64,000 nucleotides of DNA from Calditrichia bacterium (GTDB lineage: Bacteria > Calditrichota > Calditrichia > RBG-13-44-9 > J075): the NCBI GenBank assembly GCA_050633245.1, contig JBOEGD010000014.1, forward strand, positions 9,918 through 73,917, read 5' to 3'. Below are positions 20,570 to 31,568 of the stretch, piece by piece. The notes under the pieces were generated by a model. It did no database searches, was not told the DNA's origin, and saw only the letters and a list, made by a program, of their open reading frames with translations. Within the stretch, counting starts at the first letter, position 1, and each line of letters opens with the position of its first letter. A program made the translations under genes and the position numbers.

Positions 20570-20604
20570 ACAAAAAGCCCCCTGCCAAGGTTCTGACAGG
20601 GGGC
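20570..20604 (-). terminator. Intrinsic terminator
   Basis: The minus strand reads GCCCCCTGTCAG...TTGGCAGGGGGC-TTTTTG. Confidence 0.75.
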
Positions 20605-20751
20605 AAAGGTTGATCAAAAGAATCACATTGGAGCATTCTCACAATGGAGCAGTTTTTGTGAGCTAGACGGTGTACTCTTTATTCTTAATTTCTAAGAAAA
20701 TTTTGAACACTTTCTACATTTCTTTCAAAAGAGAACGACTTCCAGCGTATC

Positions 20752-22083
20752 TTAATAGCGGAATTCATCGCCTTTATGAACCGCAATGTCATTCGGAAAA
20801 TAACGGTTATAAATCAAGTCACTAAACTCAAGCGCTTCCTTAGAATATGGATTTGTGCTGAGCTTATAGAAAAAGCTGTCTATTAAGTTCGACGCATCTT
20901 TCCATGTTTCCGTGCCGTTAACGATGCTTATAAATTCATCATACTGCTTTTCCTGCTTCTTAAATATTCGCTTGATAAAACGCTTACGCTGCTTAACAGT
21001 AATCATTGTATTCAGATCACCAAGGTCAGTGCCCTTCATTTTATTACCAACCACATTTGCAAGATGCTCAGCGGCGGTATATGACGGATCGCGCATTGTC
21101 ATGCCCTTCGTCTCGGCAATAACCGGCAGTTCCTCTTCTTCGAAGGAATCACTATCATCCTCTTCAATAACCTCTTCCGGTTCAACCTGTTGCGGGACTT
21201 GAATTTCTTCTACATGCACAGCCGGCTTATCCTGCTCGATATCTTCGAGCGTCTCAACCGGAATCGGTTTCGGCAGCGGTTGTTCAACAGGGGTAGGTGC
21301 AGGCGTTGGTGTACTAAGTCGTGGGCTCTGACCTGTTCGAAGTAGAGCTTCCAGCTCAGTGAGGGTCAGTTTATCAGCGCCATTATTGCCTTCACGTTCT
21401 ACAAGTTGAGCGAAGTCGCTTAGATTGCGATCACGCAAAATCATACTGAGCATCTGAACGCTCATCTGCCCATTTTCACCTTCACTGCCTTCGGAAATAA
21501 AATTTCCAATGGTTTTGATGGTCTGAAGAGCCGTCTCGACAGGGTTACGGGAAAAGACCTGCAGGTCGATGCCTTTAATCAATTCTTCAAACTGAACCTG
21601 CGAAATTTCGCGAAGGTACTTCAGGTTAAAGTATTCAGTAAGCGCATCTTTGTAATACTGAAATTTATCGAAGTATTTGAGCATGTCGTATACTTCAATC
21701 GTTGTAATAACCTTCTTATCCTTAAACAAAAATTGCGTCAGCGTTTGATGGGGACGGATAAGATAGTTTGCTTCCAGCTTAATAGATCTTTCCAACAGTC
21801 GATTAAAACGGTTCGGATGAAATGTCGCTGTTTGCTTAAGGACATCAAAGATCTTGTCGACCAACATCTGAATTTCAGGTGCTTCGTAGTTGAAACGATC
21901 GCTATCGCTAAATTTTTCGGACTCTTCACGAAGCCAGATTTCGACTTCCTGATCGAAAAAATGCTTTACTGAATCCGGAATGTTTCTGGTGAAGATATAA
22001 GCCAGAGGAATTTGATCCATTGAAGGCTTAACAACTTCTGTTCGGATCTTCTGAATAATATTTTCAATAATTTGTTCAAGCAT
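20752..22083 (-). CDS. Conserved hypothetical protein (helical N-domain, acidic Pro-rich linker, helical C-domain)
   Basis: 443-aa ORF with GGAG RBS; C-terminal RKRFIKRIF...W...RY/F domain. Confidence 0.75.
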   Translation of the reverse strand: MLEQIIENIIQKIRTEVVKPSMDQIPLAYIFTRNIPDSVKHFFDQEVEIWLREESEKFSDSDRFNYEAPEIQMLVDKIFDVLKQTATFHPNRFNRLLERSIKLEANYLIRPHQTLTQFLFKDKKVITTIEVYDMLKYFDKFQYYKDALTEYFNLKYLREISQVQFEELIKGIDLQVFSRNPVETALQTIKTIGNFISEGSEGENGQMSVQMLSMILRDRNLSDFAQLVEREGNNGADKLTLTELEALLRTGQSPRLSTPTPAPTPVEQPLPKPIPVETLEDIEQDKPAVHVEEIQVPQQVEPEEVIEEDDSDSFEEEELPVIAETKGMTMRDPSYTAAEHLANVVGNKMKGTDLGDLNTMITVKQRKRFIKRIFKKQEKQYDEFISIVNGTETWKDASNLIDSFFYKLSTNPYSKEALEFSDLIYNRYFPNDIAVHKGDEFRY

Positions 22084-22216
22084 ACTGCAAACTCCAAAAA
22101 TTTATCTGCATTTTCACATTCAGGTCATGCCGCTCCTGAACGTGCAAATATCGTTCCTCCTGAAGAACCTTAGCCACCTCTATCCATGAGTGCTTATTGT
22201 GAAATAGCGTCATTTC

Positions 22217-22232
22217 GCATAAAATGTGCCGA
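22217..22232 (-). promoter_or_regulatory. Sigma54-like -24/-12 element
   Basis: The minus strand reads TCGGCAC-ATTTT-ATGC (GG-N10-GC), about 135 bp upstream of 22083. Confidence 0.35.
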
Positions 22233-22380
22233 TTTTCGGGTATAGTTTAGCATAATACCGAAAGCGTGAAAATACATTCAGCACAAATTCTGAAATTTAA
22301 TTTTAAGAAAAGCCCGGCGATGAGATTGCTTGGAATGTGAGAAATGAGTAAAAATTTCTCACATTTTTATCAAAGGTAAA

Positions 22381-23112
22381 TCAATCCCGCTGATTCAACA
22401 TCAGTTGTTGATTTGCTTCCTGAACAGCAGTTTGAACACCAACTAACATGGCTCGCTTTACAATGCTCAGCCCCATGCAAATATCTTCAATACGGGGAAT
22501 ACGCGCAAGGTATGGCAGGTGCTGATAACCGATCGATCCGTAGCAGTTTACACCGATCCCCAACTTAGCTGCCCCAAGCACCGCAGAATGCAGCTTATCT
22601 AATGCAACAAGTTCATCATTCGAATCTGCAGCACGGGTAATTTCCGAACAGTCAAACTCTACAAAATCCACGTCGATTCGATTCAACTGTTTTAGCAGAT
22701 TTATTTCCGGCATTGCGAAAGCGGCAACGGAAATCTGACTGGCACGAAAATCGGACAGGACGCCCGGCAGGGTTTCCACCAGCGTATGAGTTGAAAGCGG
22801 TGATATAGCAATAGCACCGGATTGCGAGACATCGACAAACGTAACCATATCGGGCTTTATACCAAGCGCAATCTTTACCATTTGAGGGTCAATTGGAATG
22901 TGTAAATTGAGAAAGCTCTTATAAACTTTTCGCAGCGTACGAATATCGCTTTCCTTCAAACCACGGTCAGAATCCGCCAGCGTTACGGATATCCCGCTTG
23001 CGCCGGCAACTTCGGCCAAAATAGCATATTGAACCGGATCAAAGTCTGTATCTTTTAATACGTAGCGGAGAGTTGCAACATCATCCACAGAAATCGTTAA
23101 TCGCTTTACCAA
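22381..23112 (-). CDS. PdxJ (PNP synthase)-fold protein with degenerate active site
   Basis: DDVATLR...DPVQ.A..AE.AGA.GI.V, LNL and KP segments align with PdxJ over the full length, but the catalytic His/Arg/Glu residues are replaced. TTG start with AGGAG RBS. Confidence 0.8.
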   Translation of the reverse strand: MVKRLTISVDDVATLRYVLKDTDFDPVQYAILAEVAGASGISVTLADSDRGLKESDIRTLRKVYKSFLNLHIPIDPQMVKIALGIKPDMVTFVDVSQSGAIAISPLSTHTLVETLPGVLSDFRASQISVAAFAMPEINLLKQLNRIDVDFVEFDCSEITRAADSNDELVALDKLHSAVLGAAKLGIGVNCYGSIGYQHLPYLARIPRIEDICMGLSIVKRAMLVGVQTAVQEANQQLMLNQRD

Positions 23113-23134
23113 ATCGCTTCTCCTGATATCATCA

Positions 23135-23671
23135 TTAAATCACTTTGTCTTCCCAACGAGCAATATACCACCGCTCATCATCCCGCAGTACGTATTGGAA
23201 AACCACTTCGCCATTAAAAACAGGATCGGCTCCGCCTCCATCGAGGGTCAGCGTGAATGTAAGAGTTTCCTGAACACGGGTTGCTTGCCCTTCATCATTG
23301 CGTTGAAGCGTATCGGAACGTATAGGCTCGTTGAAGGTAATATCCAGCGTGTTAAAAAAACGGAACATTCGTCCCACGACTCTTAATTCCTGATCGCGTC
23401 CCCAATTGATCGGCTCCGGGGGAGACACATTAAAATTGGTACTCACAAAAATAAACGTTGAATCCAGCAGCTCACTATAAACCAATGAATCTTTAAAGGA
23501 ATAGGCAAATGCAAAATTGAGTAATACCTCACCCGGGGATTTCTGTTCGGTAAGCAAACTATTTTGCCCGGCATTTTCATCGGCTAGCGCAGGTGCAAAT
23601 GGGTTTGCACAGCGAATGACAATAAGAGCCGTAAGCAGCAAACCGATAAAGAGAAAAGAATGCTTTTGCAT
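23135..23671 (-). CDS. Hypothetical lipoprotein (possible NTF2-like fold)
   Basis: Signal peptide followed by CANPFAP; F.F, W.R..E and W.I..W.D motifs shared with the upstream neighbour. Confidence 0.75.
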   Translation of the reverse strand: MQKHSFLFIGLLLTALIVIRCANPFAPALADENAGQNSLLTEQKSPGEVLLNFAFAYSFKDSLVYSELLDSTFIFVSTNFNVSPPEPINWGRDQELRVVGRMFRFFNTLDITFNEPIRSDTLQRNDEGQATRVQETLTFTLTLDGGGADPVFNGEVVFQYVLRDDERWYIARWEDKVI

Positions 23672-23680
23672 ATCAAGTAC

Positions 23681-24292
23681 TCAACGATACTTTGCGCGCA
23701 GCGTAGACCAGGTGCTGTCATTACCGCTAGTGGTTTCCAAATCCTGCCAACTCCGCACAAACCAATTTTCCTGGCTGGATTTTACGACGCGCAAAATAAC
23801 GCGCCCCTGATAGCGCTCTACGCGCTGACCGGTGCGCAGTCCGAGTAGAATCTCGTATTGAAAGCGCACCTCTTCCTCATCCTGAGTTATTGGCGTAAAA
23901 ACCGGATCCCCATCTTCAGGCAGATTTAAAACCGCACTTTCAACTTGCTCATCCTGAACCAACTGCTGAAAGTAAGCAATTTCGCGCATCCGATCCCAAT
24001 TTGAAAGTTCAGAAGCATCGCTACCCGCCCCGAGAAAAGTAAATAAGCTATCGAAACATTGTTCATAAGTTGAGGACAACTGTACATCAAAAGCGCTGCG
24101 AATTTTTGCTATCAACTGTTCCGGATCTGACTGAGACGTCACCAGATTGTCTCCGGAAGTCGGGGGTTCCGGCATTCGGGTGGCAAATGGGTTGGTACAG
24201 CTACCAAGAAAAATAAGTAAGATGACACAATGTATTCCGGGCGATTTTACGCTCATAAATTCAATGTAATTCGTTATTAATTGCTTTTCCAT
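23681..24292 (-). CDS. Hypothetical lipoprotein, paralog of 23135-23671
   Basis: Lipobox LGSC-TNPFA, WDRMRE and WFVRSWQD. The start may be the ATG at 24256. Confidence 0.75.
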   Translation of the reverse strand: MEKQLITNYIEFMSVKSPGIHCVILLIFLGSCTNPFATRMPEPPTSGDNLVTSQSDPEQLIAKIRSAFDVQLSSTYEQCFDSLFTFLGAGSDASELSNWDRMREIAYFQQLVQDEQVESAVLNLPEDGDPVFTPITQDEEEVRFQYEILLGLRTGQRVERYQGRVILRVVKSSQENWFVRSWQDLETTSGNDSTWSTLRAKYR

Positions 24293-24327
24293 AAAAAATT
24301 CGGCTTTTTATCGGAAAGAAAGAATAA

Positions 24328-26394
<2,067 letters not shown>

Positions 26395-26400
26395 ACGAGT

Positions 26401-26542
26401 AGAAACGGTGAGAAACAGTCAGAAATAGTGAGAAACAGGCAGAAACGGTGAGAAATGGCTAAATTGCCTTATTGCCTTATTGCCTTATGCCTTATGCCTT
26501 ATTGCCCTTTTCACGTTTCACGTTTCACGTTTTACTTTTCAT
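26401..26542. repeat. Composite short tandem repeat tract
   Basis: About 5.5 copies of a 10-mer AGAAAYRGKS (26401-26456), then (T)TGCCTTA x6 and TTCACGT x3. Confidence 0.9.
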
Positions 26543-26571
26543 CAATCAATCCAAGAACCCAGGGAGCAACA

Positions 26572-27300
26572 ATGTCCAAATATACAATACTTCTTCTAAC
26601 AGCAATTCTTTACCTAAATCCAAGTGTCGTGACCGCACAAAATGCCACTCTCGATGGCGTGCATCTGTTTCAAACATTTCTACTGGATGCTCCTGCTGCG
26701 CGAGATGCTTTTGGGGAGGCAGGGCTTGGATTCGCAGATTTTAACGGTGGTAGCGTTCTGAACGTAGGGGTGCAGGGAGGCGTTCCGATAGCAGAACGAT
26801 TTGAGGTAGACGGGCGCTTTCAGTTTATCAATATCGACCCGGATGGCGGCAATGGGCAATCAGGCTTGTCCGACCTGTTCGTTAGCGGACGCTACAACTT
26901 CCAACGTGGTCCAACTCCGATCTCCGCTGGTATGTATATAACTCTTCCTATAGGATCGGATGATGTTGGGCAGGGCGATACGGATATCGGGTTTTTCGGC
27001 GCCTTAAGACATCCAATCAATCGCACGGTCGTTTTAACTGCAACCACTGCACTCAACTTTAGCGATGGCGGCAATACCAGCCTGTTACTTGCCGGTGGTG
27101 CCATTTTTCGCGCAACCCGTGAGGTCAGTGTCGTTACAGAGTTCAATTTGGAAACCCAGGGCAACTATGCACTGTTAAGCGGTGGCATTGATTACCGCGC
27201 CTCGGGAGATACGCACCTACGCGGTAGTTTAGGGCTTGGGGTAGACGACGGCGCTCCTGATGTCTCAATTATACTGGGAATTTTAAAGTCGTTTAATTGA
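26572..27300 (+). CDS. Outer-membrane beta-barrel protein (MetA-pathway/transporter-like)
   Basis: ATG at 26572 after GGGAG; signal peptide VTA-Q; SGLSDL and TLPIG motifs; aromatic C-terminus. Confidence 0.7.
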   Translation: MSKYTILLLTAILYLNPSVVTAQNATLDGVHLFQTFLLDAPAARDAFGEAGLGFADFNGGSVLNVGVQGGVPIAERFEVDGRFQFINIDPDGGNGQSGLSDLFVSGRYNFQRGPTPISAGMYITLPIGSDDVGQGDTDIGFFGALRHPINRTVVLTATTALNFSDGGNTSLLLAGGAIFRATREVSVVTEFNLETQGNYALLSGGIDYRASGDTHLRGSLGLGVDDGAPDVSIILGILKSFN

Positions 27301-27655
27301 GTCGACTAAAGGATAATCCTTATAAATAAGTTTTATTCCATCATTTTTTTTGTTATTATTTGCAAATATTCACTGTGCGATATGCCGCACCTCCTGCGTC
27401 CCACTTGGTGATTTGACATATTTATTTTGTAGTAATTCACTTTCATGTCAAAGGATATCTGCTCGAAGTTGCCTTAAATCAATTCCTTAGAGCAACTTTA
27501 CCAGGCGACCCAATTAGTTGGTATGACAATTGTTTTTCTACAAAGTACAGTCTTTCAGACATTCGGCTTCAAACGAATTAAGCCGACAGGTAAAACGATA
27601 ATTACCGAGTTGACAATTTTATCGGCACTAAACATAATTATCAGGAGAATTTTTC

Positions 27656-28069
27656 ATGGCAAATTACAAGATTGAAGACGTTGAGGGCATTGGCCCGACA
27701 ATGGGAAAAAAGCTGCGCGCAGTTGGCATTAAATCCGTAAACGCCCTACTAAAAAAAGGTTGCACTCGTCAGGGACGCAAAGCACTTGCAACGGAATCCG
27801 GTATTGATGACTCCCAAATTCTGAAGTGGGTTAACATGGCCGATTTGTATCGCGTAAAAGGCGTTGGAAGCGAATACTCCGAGCTGCTCGAAAAAGCAGG
27901 CGTCGATACGGTAAAAGAATTGCGCAACCGCAATGCAGACAATCTGCATGCTAAGATGGCTGAGGTCAACAGCACCGGACGTGCTCTGGTTCGCCAACTT
28001 CCCAGTGCCAGCATGGTGAAATCCTGGGTTGAACATGCGAAAAAACTTGAACCAATGGTGACTTATTAA
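27656..28069 (+). CDS. DUF4332 helix-hairpin-helix protein
   Basis: IEDVEGIGP, WVNMADL.RVKGVG.EY..LLE.AGVDTV.EL and RQLPS motifs. Confidence 0.88.
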   Translation: MANYKIEDVEGIGPTMGKKLRAVGIKSVNALLKKGCTRQGRKALATESGIDDSQILKWVNMADLYRVKGVGSEYSELLEKAGVDTVKELRNRNADNLHAKMAEVNSTGRALVRQLPSASMVKSWVEHAKKLEPMVTY

Positions 28070-28177
28070 AAAATCACCTGTCTGGATAAATGAAGAACAA
28101 AAAGTAAATTCGCTTTAATTGAAGAAACCGGGCGGATTTACTTATCAACAACGTTTCAACACAAAGGGGAAACAACA

Positions 28178-28618
28178 ATGGGTTTTTTTGACTTTCTAGT
28201 AGATGCAGGCGCAGACCTGTTTGGTCTTGGCAAGGACGAAGCTGAAGAAGTAAAGACACTGCTCACAACTGAGCTGGGCGAAAGCATTCAGGATCTTGCA
28301 GTAACGTTTGAAGGTGGTGCAGTAACTCTTACCGGTGCTGCCGATTCTCAGGCAACCCGCGAAAAAGCTATGCTTCTCGCTGGTAACATCAAAGGCGTAG
28401 AGCGCGTAGACGCAGACGGCCTTACTTTCCCGGAGCCGGAGAAAGTAGAAGAAGTAGATTTTTATACGGTTCAGCGCGGCGACTCTCTTTCGCTTATTGC
28501 TAAGCGTCTCTATGGCAATGCCATGAAATATCCGGAAATCTTTGAAGCAAATCGCGAAGTGATTAAAGATCCCGATCTGATTTATCCGGGACAGACACTG
28601 CGCATTCCCAAGCAGTAA
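28178..28618 (+). CDS. kbp: BON-LysM protein (Kbp/YgaU family)
   Basis: MGFFDF..DAG start, EKA.L.AGN..GV BON motif, LysM YTVQRGDSLS.IA...DPDLIYPGQ.LRIP. Confidence 0.85.
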   Translation: MGFFDFLVDAGADLFGLGKDEAEEVKTLLTTELGESIQDLAVTFEGGAVTLTGAADSQATREKAMLLAGNIKGVERVDADGLTFPEPEKVEEVDFYTVQRGDSLSLIAKRLYGNAMKYPEIFEANREVIKDPDLIYPGQTLRIPKQ

Positions 28619-28630
28619 CGCTTTTTTCTT

Positions 28631-28665
28631 TCAGCCTGCATCATTCGATGCGGGCTGATTTTTTT
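28631..28665 (+). terminator. Intrinsic terminator
   Basis: TCAGCCTGCATC-attc-GATGCGGGCTGA followed by T7. Confidence 0.85.
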
Positions 28666-28694
28666 GTAACACTTTTTTCCGAACAGGAGACAGT

Positions 28695-29276
28695 ATGAAC
28701 TTTGTAGAAGAACTAATGAAATCAATGGGCCCTGAAATCACCAAACAACTCTCATCCAACCTCAATATGGATTCCGGCGCAGCTGCCGCGATTATCCCGC
28801 AGGTTGTTCCGATGATTCTTGGCGGTCTAAAGCGTCAGAGCCAACAGCATGGTGGTCAGCAGCGCGTTGATCACATTTTGAACAAATACGGTAGCGCCGA
28901 CGTGCTGAGCAATCTTGGCGACCTCTTTAGCCAAAAGAAGAACGATTCTTCGGTAGATTCCAGCCTTGGCGGCCTTTTAGGCAATTCCGGAATGGATGCC
29001 GAGAAAATGATTTCGAAACAATTTAATCTGGACAGCAGCATTGCTTCCAAGATAATCCCGATGTTAGCCCCGGTAGTGCTTGGCGCACTTACCCAGAAGC
29101 GCGATCAGGGTGGAGCAGGTTCCAGCGGTATCGAATCTCTGCTCGATCAGGACGGCGACGGCAGCATTCTTGACGACGTTGCAGGTTTTCTGCTTGGCGG
29201 TGGACGCCAGCAGCAGAGCAACAGCGGCGGCGGAATTCTCGGTAGCCTGCTTGGCGGACTCTTCGGCAAAAAGTAA
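28695..29276 (+). CDS. DUF937 family protein
   Basis: LAPVVLG, LLDQDGDGSILDDV and GGLFGKK tail. Confidence 0.85.
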   Translation: MNFVEELMKSMGPEITKQLSSNLNMDSGAAAAIIPQVVPMILGGLKRQSQQHGGQQRVDHILNKYGSADVLSNLGDLFSQKKNDSSVDSSLGGLLGNSGMDAEKMISKQFNLDSSIASKIIPMLAPVVLGALTQKRDQGGAGSSGIESLLDQDGDGSILDDVAGFLLGGGRQQQSNSGGGILGSLLGGLFGKK

Positions 29277-29415
29277 TTGAATATTTAGAACTTTCGGCGG
29301 GCATTTTCAGGCCCGCTGAGTTTAAGGCTGCTTCACAACAACGACCATCTCTTACTCTTCAACTTCACACCTTCAATCTCGAAGCACCTTGCAACACTCA
29401 ATCAGGGGAAAAATT

Positions 29416-30255
29416 ATGACAAGCTCAATGCGAACCTTTGGCCTAATGACCGCACTTACGGTGCTCTTTGTATGGGTTGGTGGAGCAATGGGTGGGCAAA
29501 ACGGAGCTATTATTGCCTTAATCTTCGCTGGCGGTATGAATTTCTTTAGCTACTGGTTCAGCGACAAAATGGTTTTGAAACGCTATCGCGCAGAAGAAGT
29601 CGGCAGCGATCATCCAAGTGGACTCTACCAAATGGTTGAACGCCTTGCTATAAATGCCGAACTACCGATGCCAAAAGTTTATATCATTCCGGAAGATACG
29701 CCAAACGCCTTTGCAACGGGCAGAAATCCGGAAAATGCTGCCGTAGCAGCAACACGCGGCATATTAAGATTGCTGGATGAAGATGAACTAGCCGGAGTAA
29801 TGGCTCATGAGCTTGCTCATGTAAAACATCGGGACATCCTAACCAGTTCCGTAACGGCAACCCTGGCAGGTGCCATTACCGCTGTCACCCAATTTGGACG
29901 TTTTATGGGCGGATCCAGCCGCAATCGCAATCCTATTGGCGGACTGTTAATTCTTGTTGGCGCCCCATTGGTGGCAACTGTTATCCGAATGGGCATTTCA
30001 CGGGTTCGTGAATATGAAGCCGATCGCGGTGGTGCAGAAATCTCCGGGCAGCCACTGGCACTTGCAAACGCCTTGAACAAACTGCAAACAGGTGTCGCAA
30101 AATATCCGCTGCGCAACGGAAATCCCGCACATTCGCACATGTTTATCATAAATCCGTTTTTGGGACTTGGAGGCATACAGCGCCTGATGACAACCCACCC
30201 CCCTACTGATGAACGTATTCGTCGCCTGGAGGAACTCTCGCGACAAATCGCCTGA
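29416..30255 (+). CDS. htpX: Membrane zinc metalloprotease HtpX (M48)
   Basis: PNAFATGRNP, HELAH, SRVREYEAD and THPP motifs; ATG at 29416. Confidence 0.95.
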   Translation: MTSSMRTFGLMTALTVLFVWVGGAMGGQNGAIIALIFAGGMNFFSYWFSDKMVLKRYRAEEVGSDHPSGLYQMVERLAINAELPMPKVYIIPEDTPNAFATGRNPENAAVAATRGILRLLDEDELAGVMAHELAHVKHRDILTSSVTATLAGAITAVTQFGRFMGGSSRNRNPIGGLLILVGAPLVATVIRMGISRVREYEADRGGAEISGQPLALANALNKLQTGVAKYPLRNGNPAHSHMFIINPFLGLGGIQRLMTTHPPTDERIRRLEELSRQIA

Positions 30256-30379
30256 TACTTCAGCGCGTTTTAACACTCCACATGGACGTCATTCCGTAAA
30301 AACGGGGCCGCTAAGCGCCTCACACCGATATACACGCCCCTGTATTTCACCCTATTATCCACATGATGGAGGAGATCTT

Positions 30380-30973
30380 ATGGACAAATCTGCTACGGGG
30401 ACACGTTTTGTATCAATTCTTTTTATCTCATTGCTGATCGCTGGCTGTGCTACTGGTCCGATTCTAACTTCAACACCATCCGAGGCGCTATCACAAACAA
30501 CTGCCGTCAATATGCTCGATCAGCAAAAGATTGCTGGCAAGTCTACCATTGATAAGGATGCGCAAAAAGAAACCGCAAAGACTTCGGCCGAAACAACTAC
30601 CGCGCCTGCAACTCAGAGTAGTGTAGAGACTGACGATGAACAACCCGTTGAGGAAAGTGCGGATGCAATTGTTGAAGAAGTCGCAACGATTATAGACACC
30701 AATCTCGGTATTGCCGAAGAACATTTGCCAAAGCCGGGCAGCTGTCGCATCTGGTATCTCGAAAAGTCAGCCGCTGATCAGCCCGCAGCAAAGAGCAACT
30801 GCAAACGCGTGCAGAAACATATGCCGGCAGGCGCAATTTTGCTTTATCGTCCGCTGGTAAATAGCGAATATGTTGAGGTTTGCCACTTCGACGCGAATAA
30901 GCGTGAAGTCGTTAAAATGGTTCGGTTTTATCTCGCTGCCACCGGCGAACTCAAGCGCGAAGAACGGTTCTAA
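30380..30973 (+). CDS. Hypothetical lipoprotein with HLP.PG.CRIW domain
   Basis: ATG at 30380 after GGAGGAG; lipobox IAGC; Thr/Ala/Glu-rich linker. Confidence 0.7.
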   Translation: MDKSATGTRFVSILFISLLIAGCATGPILTSTPSEALSQTTAVNMLDQQKIAGKSTIDKDAQKETAKTSAETTTAPATQSSVETDDEQPVEESADAIVEEVATIIDTNLGIAEEHLPKPGSCRIWYLEKSAADQPAAKSNCKRVQKHMPAGAILLYRPLVNSEYVEVCHFDANKREVVKMVRFYLAATGELKREERF

Positions 30974-31035
30974 TGCAGCACATTTGATTATCTGCTCCAC
31001 GAGCCTTATTTTCATTAAAAAGACCCGGCAAGCTT

Positions 31036-31566
31036 ATGAGTTATGAATTGACAACGGCTTCTGAAAAAGAAGTCGTTTTAACAGGCAAATCGAAGTTCAA
31101 TCCCACCGTGCTTATTATCCAGGCTCTATTTTTTTCTTTCTGGTACTATGTGCTGCTTTCAGATGTCCTGTATGATTCAGATAGTATTACAGAAGCTTTC
31201 TACGACCTCATCGAAAACAATAAGGTTATACTCATTTTCTTGTTTGCCCCCCTGTTGATGTTTGCACTCTCATTCAGACATCAAAAGCGAATAAAAAAAG
31301 GCAATATGCTGGTATTCTCTCGAGAGTCTAACAGCATCCTTAAAAACCATCGAAAGATTGCACCACTGGAAGACCTTGAGAAGATCCTTCTTGAAGCACA
31401 TCACAGCCTCGAGGATGGCCCTGCGTATAAACTACTCATCAAGCTGAAAAGAATACCCGATATCACGCTTATTTCCAGCACCGATACAATTCAGATTGAT
31501 AAAACAGCAAAAGCTCTGGGCGATCTCACCGGAGTCCACCCGGAGAACAAACGAGTCCGCGAGTAA
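31036..31566 (+). CDS. Hypothetical 2-TM membrane protein
   Basis: 176-aa ORF with two hydrophobic helices; abuts the next gene. Confidence 0.65.
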   Translation: MSYELTTASEKEVVLTGKSKFNPTVLIIQALFFSFWYYVLLSDVLYDSDSITEAFYDLIENNKVILIFLFAPLLMFALSFRHQKRIKKGNMLVFSRESNSILKNHRKIAPLEDLEKILLEAHHSLEDGPAYKLLIKLKRIPDITLISSTDTIQIDKTAKALGDLTGVHPENKRVRE

Positions 31567-31568
31567 AT

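Noticed and set aside
26455-26571. N-terminal extension MAKLPYCLIALCLMPYCPFHVSRFTF and the overlapping ORF at 26472
   Set aside because: This is translation of the tandem repeat tract; the RBS and signal peptide begin at 26572.
27619-27626. GCCGATAA sigma28 -10 box on the minus strand
   Set aside because: There is no TAAA at the 15-bp spacing and it points antisense to the local genes.
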